The position numbers and the translations under genes are program-made. This document shows positions 13,270-26,573 of a stretch of 64,000 nucleotides of DNA, one piece after another. Every line of letters begins with the position of its first letter. Within the stretch, counting starts at the first letter, position 1. The stretch lies in assembly GCF_963921235.1 (NCBI RefSeq), contig NC_086098.1, positions 5,022,001 through 5,086,000 on the forward strand, written 5' to 3'. This DNA comes from Mobula hypostoma. Lineage: Eukaryota. The notes beneath the pieces are model-generated. The model saw only the letters and a list, made by a program, of their open reading frames with translations, was not told where the DNA came from and made no database searches.

Positions 13270-16200
13270 AGAACATAGAACATAGAATAGTGCAGCACAG
13301 TACAGGTCCTTCGACCCACAACATTGTGCCGACCCTCAAACCCTGCCTCCCATATAACCCCCCACCTTAAATTCCTCCATATACCTGTCTAGTAGTCTCT
13401 TAAATTTCACTAGTGTATCTGCCTCCACCACTGACTCAGGCAGTGCATTCCACGCACCAACCACTCTCTGAGTAAAAAACCTTCCTCTAATATCCCCCTT
13501 TAACTTCCCACCACTTACCTTAAAGCCATGTCCTCTTGTATTGAGCAGTGGTGCCCTGGGGAAGAGGTGCTGGCTATCCACTATATCTATTCCTCTTATT
13601 ATCTTGTACACCTCTATCATGTCTCCTCTCATCCTCCTTCTATCCAAAGAGTAAAGCCCTAGCTCCCTTAATCTCTGATCATAATCCATGCTCTCTAAAC
13701 CAGGGAGCATCCTGGTAAATCTCCTCTGTACCCTTTCCAATGCTTCCACATCCTTCCTCTAGTGAGGTGACCAGAACTGGACACGGTACTCCAAGTGTGG
13801 CCTAACCAGAGTTTTATAGAGCTGCATCATTACATCGCAACTCTTAAACTCTATCCCTCGACCTATGAAAGCTAACACCCCATAAGCTTTCTTAACTACC
13901 CTATCCACCTGTGAGGCAACTTTCAAGGATCCGTGGACATGTACCCCCAGATTCCTCTGCTCCTCCACACTACCAAGTATCCTGCCATTTACTTTGTACT
14001 CTGCCTTGGAGTTTGTCCTTCCAAAGTGTACCACCTCACACTTCTCCGGGTTGAACTCCATCTGCCACTTCTCAGCCCACTTCTGCATCCTATCAATGTC
14101 TCTCTGCAATCTTTGACAATCCTCTACACTATCTACAATATCACCAACCTTTGTGTCATCTGCAAACTTGCCAACCTACCCTTCTACCCCCCACATCCAG
14201 GTCATTAATAAAAATCACGAAAAGTAGAGGTCCCAGAACAGATCCTTGTGGGACACCACTAGTCACAATCCTCCAATCTGAATGTACTCCCTCCACTATG
14301 ACCCTCTGCCTTCTGCAGGCAAGCCAATTCTGAATGCACCTGGCCAAAGTTCCCTGGATCGCATGCCTTCTAACTTTCTGAATAAGCCTACCGTGTGGAA
14401 CCTTGTCAAATGCCTTACTAAAATCCATATAGATCACATCCACTGCACTACCCTCATCTATATGCCTGGTCACTTCCTCAAAGAATCTATCAGGCTTGTC
14501 AGACATGATCTGCCCTTCACAAAGCCATGCTGACTGTCCCTGATCAGACCATGATTCTCTAAATGCCCATGGATCCTATCTCTAAGAATCTTTTCCAACA
14601 GCTTTCCCACCACAGACGTAAGGCTCACTGGTCTATAATTACCCGGACTATTCCCACTACCTTTTTTGAACAAGGGGACAACATTCGCCTCCCTCCAATC
14701 CTTCGGTACTATTCCCGTGGACAACGAGGACATAAAGATCCTAGCCAGAGGCTCAGCGATCTGTTCCCTCGCCTCGTGGAGCAGCCGGGAGAATATTCCA
14801 TCAGGCCCTGGGGACTTATCCGTCCTAATGTATTTTAACAACTCCAACACCTCCTCTCCCTTAATATCAACATGCTCCAGAATATCAACCTCACTCATAT
14901 TGTCCTCACCATCATCAAGTTCCCTCTCATTGGTGAATACCGAAGAGAAGTATTCATTGAGGACCTCGCTCACTTCCAAAGCCTCCAGGCACATCTTCCC
15001 ACCTTTACTACTAATCGGTCCTACCTTCACTCCTGTCATCCTTTTTCTCTTCACATAATTGAAGAATGCCTTGGGGTTTTCCTTTACCCTACTCGTCAAG
15101 GCCTTCTCATTCCCCCTTCTTGCTCTTCTCAGCCCCTTCTTAAGCTCCTTTCTTGCTTCCCTATATTCCTCAATAGACCCATCTGACCCCTGCTTCCTAA
15201 ACTTCATGTATGCTGCCTTCTTCCACCTGACTAGATTTTCCACCTCACTTGTCACCCATGGTTCCTTCATCTACCATTCCTTACCTTCCTCACCGGGACA
15301 AATTTATCCCTAATATCCTGCAAGAGATCTCTAAACATCGACCACATGTCCACAGTACATTTCCCTGCAGAAACATCATCCCAATTCACACCCGCAAGTT
15401 CTAGCCTTATAGCCTCATAATTTGCCCTTCCCCGATTAAAAATTTTCCTGTCCTCTTTGATTCTATCCTTTTCCATGATAATGCTAAAGGCCAGGGAGCG
15501 GTGGTCACTGTCCCCCAGATGCTCACCCACTGAGAGATCTGTGACCTGACCCGGTTCATTACCTAGTACTAGATCTAGTATGGCATTCCCCCTAGTTGGC
15601 CTGTCCATATACTGTGACAGGAATCCATCCTGGACACACTTAACAAACTCTGCCCCATCTAAACCCTTGGAACTAATCAGGTGCCAATCAATACTAGGGA
15701 AGTTAAAGTTTCCCATGATAACAACCCTGTTATTTTTGCACCTTTCCAAAATCTGCCTCCCAATCTGCTCCTCTGTATCTCTGCTGCTGCCAGGGGGCCT
15801 ATAGGATACCCCCAATAGAGTAACTGTTCCCTTCCTGTTCCTGACTTCCACCCATACTGACTCAAAAGAGGATCCTGCTACATTACCCACCCTTTCTGTA
15901 GCTGTAATAGTATCCCTGACCAGTAATGCCACCCCTCCTCCCCTTTTTCCGCCCTCTCTATCCCTTTTACAGCACTGAAATCCAGGAATATTGAGAATCC
16001 ATTCCTGCCCTGGTGCCATCCAAGTCTCTGTAATGGCCACTACATCATAATTCCATGTATAGAAACATAGAAACATAGAAACATAGAAAATAGGTGCAGG
16101 AGTAGGCCATTCGGCCCTTTGAGCCTGCACCGCCATTTATTATGATCATGGCTGATCCTCCAACTCAGAACCCCGCCCCAGCCTTCCCTCCATACCCCCT

Positions 16201-18138
16201 GACCCCCGTAGCCACAAGGGCCATATCTAACTCCCTCTTCAATATAGCCAATGAACTGGCCTCAACTGTTTCCTGTGGCAGAGAATTCCACAGATTCACC
16301 ACTCTCTGTGTGAAGAAGTTTTTCGTAATCTCGGTCCTAAAAGGCTTCCCCTCTATCCTCAAACTGTGGCCCCTCGTTCTGGACTTCCCCAACATCGGGA
16401 ACAATCTTCCTGCATCTAGCCTGTCCAATCCCTTTAGGATTTTATACGTTTCAATCAGATCCCCTCTCAATCTTCTAAATTCCAACGAGTACAAGCCCAG
16501 TTCATCCAGTCTTTCTTCATATGAAAGTCCTGCCATCCCAGGAATCAATCTGGTGAACCTTCTTTGTACTCCCTCTATGGCAAGGATGTCTTTCCTCAGA
16601 TTAGGGGACCAAAACTGCACTCAATACTCCAGGTGTGGTCTCACCAAGGCCTTGTACAACTGCAGTAGTACCTCCCTGCTCCTGTACTCGAATCCTCTCG
16701 CTATAAATGCCAGCATACCGTTCACCTTTTTCACCACCTGCTGTACCTGCATGCCCACTTTCAATGACTGGTGTATAATGACACCCAGGTCTCGTTGCAC
16801 CTCCCCTTTTCCTAATCGGCCACCATTCAGATAATAATCTGTTTTCCTATTTTTGCCACCAAAGTGGATAACTTCACATTTATCCACATTAAATTGCATC
16901 TGCCATGAATTTGCCCACTCACCCAACCTATCCAAGTCACCCTGCATCCTCTTAGCATCCTCTTCACAGCTAACACTGCCACCCAGCTTCGTGACATCCG
17001 CAAACTTGGAGATGCTGCATTTAATTCCCTCATCCAAGTCATTAATATATATTGTAAACAACTGTGGTCCCAGCACTGAGCCTTGAGGCCCACTAGTCAC
17101 CGCCTGCCATTCTGAAAAGGTCCCGTTTATTCCCACTCTTTGTTTCCTGTCTGCCAACCATTTCTCCACCCACACCAATACCTTACCCCCAATACCGTGT
17201 GCTTTAAGTTTGCACACTAATCTCCTGTGTGGGACCTTGTCAAAAGCCTTTTGAAAATCCAAATATACCACATCCACTGGTTCTCCCCTATCCACTCTAC
17301 TAGTTACATCCTCAAAAAATTCTATGAGATTCGTCAGACATGATTTTCCTTTCACAAATCCATGCTGACTTTGTCCGATCATTTCACCGCTTTCCAAATG
17401 TGCTGTTATCACATCGTTGATAACTGACTCCAGCAGTTTCCCCACCACCGACGTTAGGCTAACCGGTCTATAATTCCCCGGTTTCTCTCTCCCTCCTTTT
17501 TTAAAAAGTATGTATCCAAGCTCTCAGTTCATCACCTTTGTTCCTGATGCTTCTTGCATTGAAGTACACACATTTCAGCCTTCTACCTTACTGTCTTTAC
17601 ACCGTTTATTCTGCTTCTCTTTCCTCAAAGCCTCTCTGTATGTTAGATCTGGCTTTACTCCATGCACTTCTTTCACTGCTCTATCGCTCCGGGTCCCATC
17701 CCCCTTGCAAATTAGTTTAAACCCTCCCGAACCATGCTAGCAAACCTACCTGCAAGGATATTGCTCTCCCTCAAGTTCAGGTGCAACCCATCCAATCTGT
17801 GCAGGTCTCACCTTCCCCAGAAGAGATCCCAATGATCTAAAAATCTAAAACCCTGCTCCCTGCACCAACTCCTCAGCCACGCATTCAACTGTCATCTACT
17901 CCAATTCTTACCATCACTGTCACGTAGCACTGGCAGCAATCCTGAGAATGCCACCCTTGAGGTCCTGTTCTTCAGCCTTCTGCCTAGTTCCCGAAACTCA
18001 CACTTCAGGACCTCATCCCTCTTCCTGCCTATGTCGTTGGTCTCAACATGTATCACGACTTCTGGTTGCTTTCCCTCTCATACCAGGATGTCGTGCACCC
18101 GGTCAGAGACATCCCAGACCCTGGGACCCAGGAGGCAA
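13270..18138 (-). mobile_element. Long CR1 (subfamily 'A'): ORF1 3' part plus ORF2 with several frameshifts
   Basis: ORFs 13336-16136 give a contiguous endonuclease-RT-C-terminus. The host resumes at ~17508 after a nested CR1. SGNH ORF1 remnant at ~17720-18138. Confidence 0.95.
16060..17507 (-). mobile_element. Young 5'-truncated CR1 (subfamily 'B') nested in the endonuclease of CR1-A
   Basis: ORFs 16621-17448 and 16165-16620 are nearly identical to 42955-44064. (CATAGAAA)n tail. The host LRAWIHTWNYDV coding sequence is split at the site. Confidence 0.95.
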
Positions 18139-19950
18139 TCTAATCCATCCCTCCATCTAGCCCTTTATTTTTTCTGTCATTAATTTGCTTATCTCAGAGT
18201 TTCGTAATTGTCCCTAGTGTACCTACCTCAACCACCACTCCTGGGAGGTTGTTTCATACACTCATCACTGTCTGTGTAAAAAACTTACATCTGCCATTCC
18301 CCCCCTCCACTATACTTTCCCCCAGTCACCTTAAAGTTATGCCCACTTGTATTAGCCATCTCCACCCGAGGAAAAAGTCTCTAACTGTCCACTCAATCTT
18401 TGTCTCTTATCGTCTTCTACAACTTCATGAAGTCACCTCTCATCCTCCTTTGCTCCAAAGTGAAAAGCCCTAGCTCACTCATAAGACAAAAATGTCAGAA
18501 AGCAAGAAAAGGAGAAACAAGATTCGTACTGTTTTCTTTCATTATTGCCGTAGAGTCTGCTGACGACAATCGGAAATATTTCTCTCTCAGCGGTAGCCAT
18601 GGTGCCAGTGAGCAACGTGACCAAGGGGTGACAACCTCTAGATGGTTCATGAAACTTCTTTCACTTATTTTGTGTCTTCTTTTTCTTTCAGATATGGTTC
18701 TGCTATTATTGGAGTTTGTGATCTACATTTTGGTGGTGTTTTTGGTCAGCTAAGTGATCTATGCTCTGCTGTCTCTGAAGGGGTTCTGTGACGCTTCGAG
18801 CGAAGTGCGTGGCCTTAAGGCCAAGAAGTCTGGTGATGGGGCTCGAGCCCCTGATCGATTCCATTTCTCACCAATTAAAGCATCGAGGAAGATTGAAATC
18901 ATCAAGGCGAGTGCAGATGGTAAGCAGGTGGTCAGCGCCGTCTACCAACCTTTCGCTTACTGCTGCCCAAGGAGGGTCACTGTGTGTGACAGTCTCTCTC
19001 TCTCCCTCGATGCAGTCGGAAGATGTTGCCGGAATCCTGGGTCTTGGGCAATTGACATGGTTTGTGGATTGGATTCTGCAGTTCACGTTATGATGTGTTT
19101 CCGATTTTTGGTCACTCCTTTTTTCTTGTTGCTGTTTTGTGCGATTTTGATCAGGGTAGCCTGCAGATATCTAACTGTGATGAATTGAATAAGCCTGGAC
19201 TCTCCTGATTTCGTGTTTAATATTCTGTGATTTTCACTCGTTTTTTGTTGCTGTTTGCGCGATTTGTGTTTTTTGGCACATGGGGGGGGCGTTTGATGTT
19301 TTTCTTTCAGCAGGTTCTATGGTCTTTTTTGCATTGTAGCTGTCCATTGGAAAGATGAATCTCAAGGTTGTATACTGCATACATACTTCGATAATAAATG
19401 TACATCAAATCTTGAATCCTTGGATCCCACAACATCGTAAACCAGCGAGTTGTTTGTTATGTCTCCCCTATCGCTGTGAAACAGAGACATCTCTTTCTCC
19501 CTTATTAGGGAGAGAGAGAGCCTGTGGTATGTCGAATACCGGGTGAATAAGTAGTCTTTGGAGTACTGCAAGTCTATGCCTTTGCTGATGCTTTGCTGCA
19601 TGCTTGAGTGCTTGGTGGTGGGGGGGGGCATGCTGATGCTTTTATTTGCTGGTGGGGGAGGGGGGATTGTTGCTTTACTCTTGCTTATGCATGGGCGAGG
19701 GGAGCGGGGGTGGGCCTTGGGGTTCTAACATTTAACTGTCTTTCATTCTTTGGGCACTCCTTTGTTTTCTTCTATGTTTGCAAAGAAAAAGCATTTCAGA
19801 TATATATTGCATACATTTCTCTGACATTAAATGTACCTTTGAAGCATAACAGTAGTGGTAGGGTTTCCCATCAGATCAGTTCTTTGTGCTACTTATGACC
19901 CGAAGCTTATTCTAAGGTTCCCAGCTACTCTGCTGTTTCTTCTCCATAAA

Positions 19951-21092
19951 CAGTCGATTCCAGTTAACTGGGGCACATCTGGACCAGTACATTTTGGCCC
20001 AATTAAGCAGCTGCCCAATTAGGCGAAGTTTCATGGAAATGGTTAAAAAAGTATAAAAAAGACAAACGACTGTTTAAGTAAGTTAAATGAAATGCTGAAC
20101 AAATTAGAACACCACCAATACTGCACTCTGAGTAGTACAGTACTATAAAACTGTGTGTTAGTTCCTAACAGTTATTGATGGAGGAATTTTGCAGAGGAGA
20201 TTTACAAGGATGTTGCCTGGATTGGGGAGCATGCCTTATAAGAATAGGTTGAGTGAACTTGGCGTTTTCTCCTTGGAGCGACGGAGGATGAGAAGTGACC
20301 TGACAGAGGTGTATAAGATGATGTGAGGCATTGATCGTGTGGCTAGTCAGAGGCCTTTTCCCAGGGCTGAAATGGTTGCCACAAGAGGACACAGGTTTAA
20401 GGTGCTGGGGAGTAGGTACAGAGGAGATGTCAGGGGTAAGTCTTTTACGCAGAGAGTGGTGAGTGCGTGGAATGGGTGCCGGCAACAGTGGTGAAGGCGG
20501 ATACGATAGGGTCTTTTAAGAGACTTTTAGATAGGTACCTGGAGCTTAGTAAAATAGAGGGCTATGGGTAAGCCTAGTAATTTCTAAGGTAGGGACATGT
20601 TTGGCACAACTTTGTGGGCCGAAGGGCCTGTATTGTGCTGTAGGTTTTCTATGTTTCTATGAATTCATCCCGTGTACGCTGCCGTGTTCTTTTGATTGAC
20701 TGTAAATGAACAAACTTAGTGCAGACATTTGATGTAGATAATGGACTGCCTTCGTTGCCTTCCAGCATGAAATAATGTCAAAAATCACTGCTTTTTAATT
20801 CGGTGTTGGTCGTCCAAATGGTAACATTACACAAGCACGTGCAGCTGATGCTATTTAAAAACGGCTTACTCTAAACATGGTGAAGTGTCCAATGGTCACA
20901 GAAGTGAGCAGAACTGACGCCAGCAAGAAACTATTCAGCAACAGTCTCCTGTCCCAATTAAGCAGCATAGTGCCCCGAAGAAATGAAAAAAAAATCCCAG
21001 CTATTTTCTCGATTAGACTTTGATCTTTAAGATTTGTCCCAAAAAAGTGGCAACCCCAATTAACCCATGCCCCAGATAACCCGAATCAACTG
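19951..21092. mobile_element. Tc1/mariner (pogo/Tigger-like) non-autonomous DNA transposon
   Basis: ~25-bp imperfect TIRs CAGTCGATTCCAGTTAACTGGGGCA / TGCCCCAGATAACCCGAATCAACTG, followed by TA on the right. Confidence 0.8.
20189..20660 (+). mobile_element. CR1 (subfamily 'C') 3' fragment inserted in the MITE
   Basis: Reverse-complement match to 1231-1700. GAATT duplication at 20184-20188 and 20661-20665. Confidence 0.9.
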
Positions 21093-21310
21093 TATCACAT
21101 TTACACACACGTTTTGTTCTGGTCAAAACACTTCAAAATTTTAGAGACAATTTAATTCGACTTAAAGTGGTGCTAGAAAGTTTGTGAAACTTGCGGAATT
21201 TTCTATATTTATACATAAATATGACCTATAATATGATCAGGTCTTTATGTAAGTCCTAAAACTAGATAAAGAGAACCCAATTATATAAATAACACAAAAA
21301 GTGTTATACT

Positions 21311-23275
21311 TAGAGAGGGTGCAGAGGAGATTTATCAGGATGCTGCCTGGATTAGGGAGGGTGCAGAGGAGATTTATCAGGATGCTGCCTGGATTAGGGA
21401 GGGTGCAGAGGAGATTTACCAGGGTGCTGCCTGGATTAGACAGCATTTCTTATGAGCAGAGGTCTTCTCATTTTATACACCTCTCTCGAATTTCTTAAAT
21501 GGAAATGGCTAATACAAGGGGGCATAATTTTAACTTTAGTGTGTTTGGAGGCAAGTATAGCGGGGGGGATGTCAGAAGTAGTTTCCCCTTGACACAGAGA
21601 GTGATGAGTGTAGTGGATGTGCTCCCAGGGGAGGTGGTAGAGACAGATACTTTAGGGACATTTTACAGGCACCCAGAGGCATGAGAGAGGAGTTCGCCAG
21701 AATTGATTGGAAAATAACACTGGCAGGGATGATGGCAGAGCAGTAATGGCTGGAATTTCTGGAAGCAATTCTGAAGGCACAGGATACATAGATCTCAAAG
21801 AGGAAGAAGTGTGCTAAAGGAAAGATGACACAGTTGTGGCTAACCAGAGAAATCAAAGCCAACATAAAAGCCAAAGAGAGTGTATATAATAGAGCAAAAG
21901 TTAGTGGGAAGTTAGTGCATTGGTAAGTTTTTAAAAACCAGCAGAAGACAACTAAAAAAGTCACGAAGATGGAAAAGATGGACAGGAAAGTATGCTAGCT
22001 AAAAACATTAAAGAGGACACCAAAAGTTTCTTCAGATACACAAAGTATAAAAGAGAGATGAGAGTAGATATCAGACTGTTGGAAAATGAAGTTGGAGAGG
22101 TAGTAATGGGGGACAATGAAACTGCGGATGAACTGAATAAGTATTTTACATCAGTCTTCACTGTGGAAGACACTAGCAGTATGGTGGAAGTTCCAGGTGT
22201 CAGGGGGCATGAAGTGTGTGAAGTTACTACAACTAGAAGGTTTTTGGGAAACTGAAAGGTCTGAAGGTAGATAGGTCATCTAGACCGGATGGTTTATACC
22301 CCAGAGTTCTGAAAGAGGTGGCTGGAAAGATCGCGGAGGCATTAGCATTGACCTTGCAAGAATCACTAGATTCTGGAATGCTTCTAAAAGACTGGAAAAT
22401 TGCAAATGTCACTCCACTCTTCAAGAAGGGAGAGAGGCAAAAGAAAGGAAACTGTGGGCCTGTTGGTCTGACCTCAGTGGTTGAGAAGATGTTGGAGTCG
22501 ATTATTAAGGATGAGGTCTCAGGGTATTTGGAGGCACATGATAAAAAATGTTGTAGTCAGCATTCCTGAAGGGAAAATCTTGTCTTACAAATCTGTTGGA
22601 ATTCTTTGAAGAAATAACAAGCAGGATAGACAAAGGCGAATCTGTTGATGTCGTGTACTTGGATTTTCAGAAGGCTTTCGACAACGTGCCACATGAGGCT
22701 GCTTAACAAGCTATGGGCCCATGGTATTTCAGGAAAGATTCTGGCATAAATAAAGGAGTGGCTGACTGGCAGGAGGTAAAGAGTGGAAATGAAGGGAACC
22801 TTTTCTGGCTGGCTGGCAGTGACTAGTGGTGTCCTATGATGGTCTGTGTTGGGACCGATTCTTTTACATTATACAGTATGTTAATGATTGGGATGATGGA
22901 ATTGATGGCTTTGTTGCAAAGTTTGCATACGATATGAAGATAGGTGGAGGAGCAGGTAGCTTTGAAGAAGTAGAGGCTACAGAAGGATTAGGAGAATGTG
23001 GAAAGAAAATGCAGATGGAATACAGTGTTGGGAAGTGTATGGTCAGACACTCTGGTAGGAGAAATGAAAGTGTCACCAATGATGAAATGACGGTATGGAT
23101 GTGATGGGCCAAATGGCCTAATTTTGCTTCTATATCTTATGGTCTTATGGTTATAGTCTTAGCTAGGCACGTGGATAGAGAAATGGAGGGTTATGTGGGA
23201 GGGAAAAATTAGATTGAACTTGGATCAGCATATATCGTAGGCCGAAGGGCCTGTATTGTGCTGTACTGTTCTGTG
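21311..23275 (+). mobile_element. Nested degraded CR1 fragments
   Basis: ERVQRRFIRMLPGL (x3), WKIANVTPLFKKG, LDFQKAFD and KFAYDMK remnants, with two CR1-type tails at ~23150 and ~23270. Confidence 0.85.
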
Positions 23276-23420
23276 TGCCTTTCTTGCAGGAATGGGAATG
23301 AGAGAAAGGGAAAAGCTGCCTTCACAAAATGGAGAGTCACAAAGATCCAGAAGCCTGGCTTTGCTTAGGATTTACTTTTTTTTAGTAATCTGATCAATAA
23401 CAGGGCAACGAAGCAGGAAT
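23276..23420 (+). repeat. Outer, diverged part of the left arm of the inverted duplication (homologous to reverse complement of ~36404-36550)
   Basis: ttgcaggaatgggaatgagagaaagggaaaagctgccttcacaaaatggagagtcacaaagatccagaag aligns with rc ttgcaggcataggaaagagaggaaaagaagaactcccttcacataatggtgagtatacaaggatcaagaag. Confidence 0.85.
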
Positions 23421-26400
23421 TGTCAAGAAATGTAGAGGAGGCTGACCCAGATACAGAGCAGTGGAAACGATTTAGTGATGAGCGATAACTTTAATAACAA
23501 ACTGAAAAATAACAAGCCTCAAGGGGCCACTAAACAAGAGAAAACAGATATTTAACGCAAGATAAAAAGGTAACTAGTTCCCAAAGAGAACTCTGATAGG
23601 CCAATCAGATGGTTCACTGCTGCTCAGCGATAGAACACAAAACAGGCACAAGGGTCGCTAGCCCGTGTACCCCAGAAACACGCCTGAACGGTGTGGCAGA
23701 GGTACGTGCTATGCATGACCTGATCTGAAAGCGTCATGTTGACTCATAACAGACGTGTTCATGGTGGAACAGCTTAGTCAAGGATGGAGTGATCAGCACA
23801 GATGGACAAATTATACCTCCACTACCCCAAAATCTCAGAGGATGTTGTTGATGAAGGCTTGTAAAATGGCTGGACTACTGGAAAGTCCAGAAGTATCTGC
23901 AGTGGCCAGTGGGTGTTATGAACTCCGTCTTCCACTCATTCCTTGGCAGATGTGGATCTGGTTGTACACACTCCATATATCCAGTTTGGTGAAGATCTGG
24001 GCTCTGTGGAATGCTCTGAATGCACTATCCCTCAAGGGCGAAGGGTAGCATTTGTAATGGTTATTTTGTTATATCTGTGGTCGACAATGCAGGGATGGAG
24101 ACACCCGTCTTTCTTCTTGGCGAAGAAGAATCGTGCACTATCTAGGAACTAGGATGGTAAGATGAGGCCATGCTGTGGCACTTTGGTGATGTCCAGAGGA
24201 GAGAGAGAGAGAACAGAATTTCAGGCAGGAATGGCACCTGGGAGGAGGTTGATTGCACAGTCGTGTGATCTGTGAGGAGGAAAGGTGCTGGCATCCTTTT
24301 TACTGAAGGCGATGGCTAAGTCGTCGTATTCCAGAGGGAGTTTGGTGAGTCAAGGGTTTCCTCCATCTTTACCGATGTACAGGGTAACGTCAGATGTGGC
24401 TGCAGGCAGATGGTTCGGCAGGTGGGTTCCAAACTCAGCAGTGAACCGGATGACCAGGTGAAGTGAGGGTCGTGAGTGGAGAGCCAGGGATAACCCAAGG
24501 TGAGAAGAGTGTTGGGTGCGTCAATCAGGAGGAACTGAATGGATTTGTGCTGCTCTCTGACGCTCAAGTGCACAGGCCGCGTGTATGCTGTGACCATCCC
24601 GGACCCCAAGAGACATCCATCAACTGCTTTGATTCAGGAGGGCTGAGAGGTGGGCTCCGTGGGGGGCCCAAGCTGCATCCACAGACCCTGGTCCAGAAGG
24701 TCGCCTGCTCCACCAGAACCTCCTGGATGTGCAGAGTCATCAGGGTGTGGAGCAGCACAGAGAGAGTGGTGCTGGTCCGAGAGGCCGGTGGGAGGTTGAC
24801 AGATAGAAGGACTTTCACTTCTACCTGGTGGTGTTGCTTTCAAGATGCAGTGGGCATTTGAGTATGGGTCATCAGTAGCTTGGCAGTGAGTAAACATATT
24901 GTTCCTCCAGCGGCAATCATGCTCTCGGTGGGTTATGGGAGAGCAGCATGAGTTCTGGAGGGAGCTTTGCAGATGAGGATCCTGCAGCCTGAAATGGTTC
25001 TGGGAACATAGAACATAGAATAGTACAGCACAGTACAGGCCCTTCGGCCCACAATGTTGTGCCGACCCTTAAACCCTACCTCCCATATAACCCCCCACCT
25101 TAAATTCCTCCATATACCTGTCTAGTAGTCTCTTGAACTTCACTAGTGTATCTGCTACCACCACTGACTCAGGCAGTGCATTCCACGCACCAACCACTCT
25201 CTGAGTAAAAAACCTTCCTCTAATATCCCCCTTGAACTTCCCACCCCTTACCTTAAAGCCATTTCCTCTTGTATTGAGCAGTGGTGTCCTGGGGAAGAGG
25301 TGCTGGCTATCCACTCTATCTATTCCTCTTAATATCTTGTATACCTCTGTCATGTCTCTCCTCATCCTCCTTCTCTCCAAAGAGTAAAACCCTAGCTCCC
25401 TTAATCTCTGATCATAATGCATACTCTCTAAACTAGGCAGCATCCTGGTAAATCTCTGTACCCTTTCCAATGCTTCCACATCCTTCCTATAGTGAGGCGA
25501 CCAGAACTGGACACAGTACTCCAAGTGTGGCCTAACCAGAGTTTTATAGAGCTGCATCATTACATCGCGACTCTTAAACTCTATCCCTTGACTTATGAAA
25601 GCTAATACCACATAAGCTTTCTTAACTACCATAGGGTTACCTGTGAGGCAACTTTCAGGGATCTGTGGACATGCACCCCCAGATCCCTCTGCTCCTCCAC
25701 ACTACCAAGTATCCTGCCATTCACTTTGTACTCAGCCTTGGAACGGAACTAGGATTCCAGTTGATCATCTGGACAGTCATTCTCTAAGATGCTTGTCAAT
25801 TCAGAGGGCCAGGATGATGAGGCTTTCGAGCCTGTAGGCATTTCCTGGGCACTCCACGAGAGGCCACGATGGTATTACGCCAGCAGCGATTCTGAGTTCC
25901 AGCTGCACATCACCACAAGGGTCATGAATTCTATGGTGCAATCCAGCACCAAGTGTGGATCTTGATGTAGTCCAGGTACTCGATCTGCTGCCCAGCCCCA
26001 ACCCCTTCCACTTCCCAGATGGTTGAAAACAGGGCACATCCACAGCCAACGAATCAGGTCAGCACTGAGGGGAAGGAAGCTGGTCCAGGAGCCTGACGGT
26101 GGTAGGCCACAGACACGGAGCCAGTTCAAAGCTGAGGCCAGTGTAGATGGTTGCAGTCAAAGCTGCAGCCACTTCAGCACTGAAGAGAGAAAATCTCACA
26201 GGGTACTGAGCTGAACACAGGTTCCTCCTTCGCCCTCGGCTTTAATGCAAACAGTAAAGGAGGCTTAACTCAAACACAAAGCAGTGGAGACACTTTAGCA
26301 GTGAGTGATAACTTTAATAATTAACTGCAAAAAAAAACAGGTTACAAGGGGTAACAAAACAAGGGGGAGCAGATAATTAGCATGAAAAGGTAACTGAAGG

Positions 26401-26560
26401 CTAGGAGTAACTGGTTGAGGCTGCTGGTTCGATGGGTGAACGAGGACTGTGGATGAGAGCTGGGTTTAAATAGGCTGCAGGTGATAAGTGAGAAACAAGT
26501 GGCAGATAACTCCTCTTCACTGGGTGGAGGCTGGGAAGTGTCTGCCTGTGCAGCCTGACA
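23421..26560 (-). mobile_element. Decayed Gypsy/Ty3 (Sushi-like) LTR retrotransposon
   Basis: TG...CA termini with GGAAT/AGAAT flanks (5-bp TSD, one mismatch). Related LTR segments at ~23421-23575 and ~26252-26560. Minus-strand pol remnants LGYPWLSTHDPHFTWSSG, RFFFAKKKDGCLHPCIVD and FTKLDIWSVYNQIHI. Confidence 0.85.
25005..25742 (-). mobile_element. CR1 (subfamily 'A') 3' fragment inside the Gypsy element
   Basis: ORF 25069-25632 ends ...GGYMGGRV; (GAACATA)n tail. Confidence 0.95.
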
Positions 26561-26573
26561 AGAATAAGATTAT

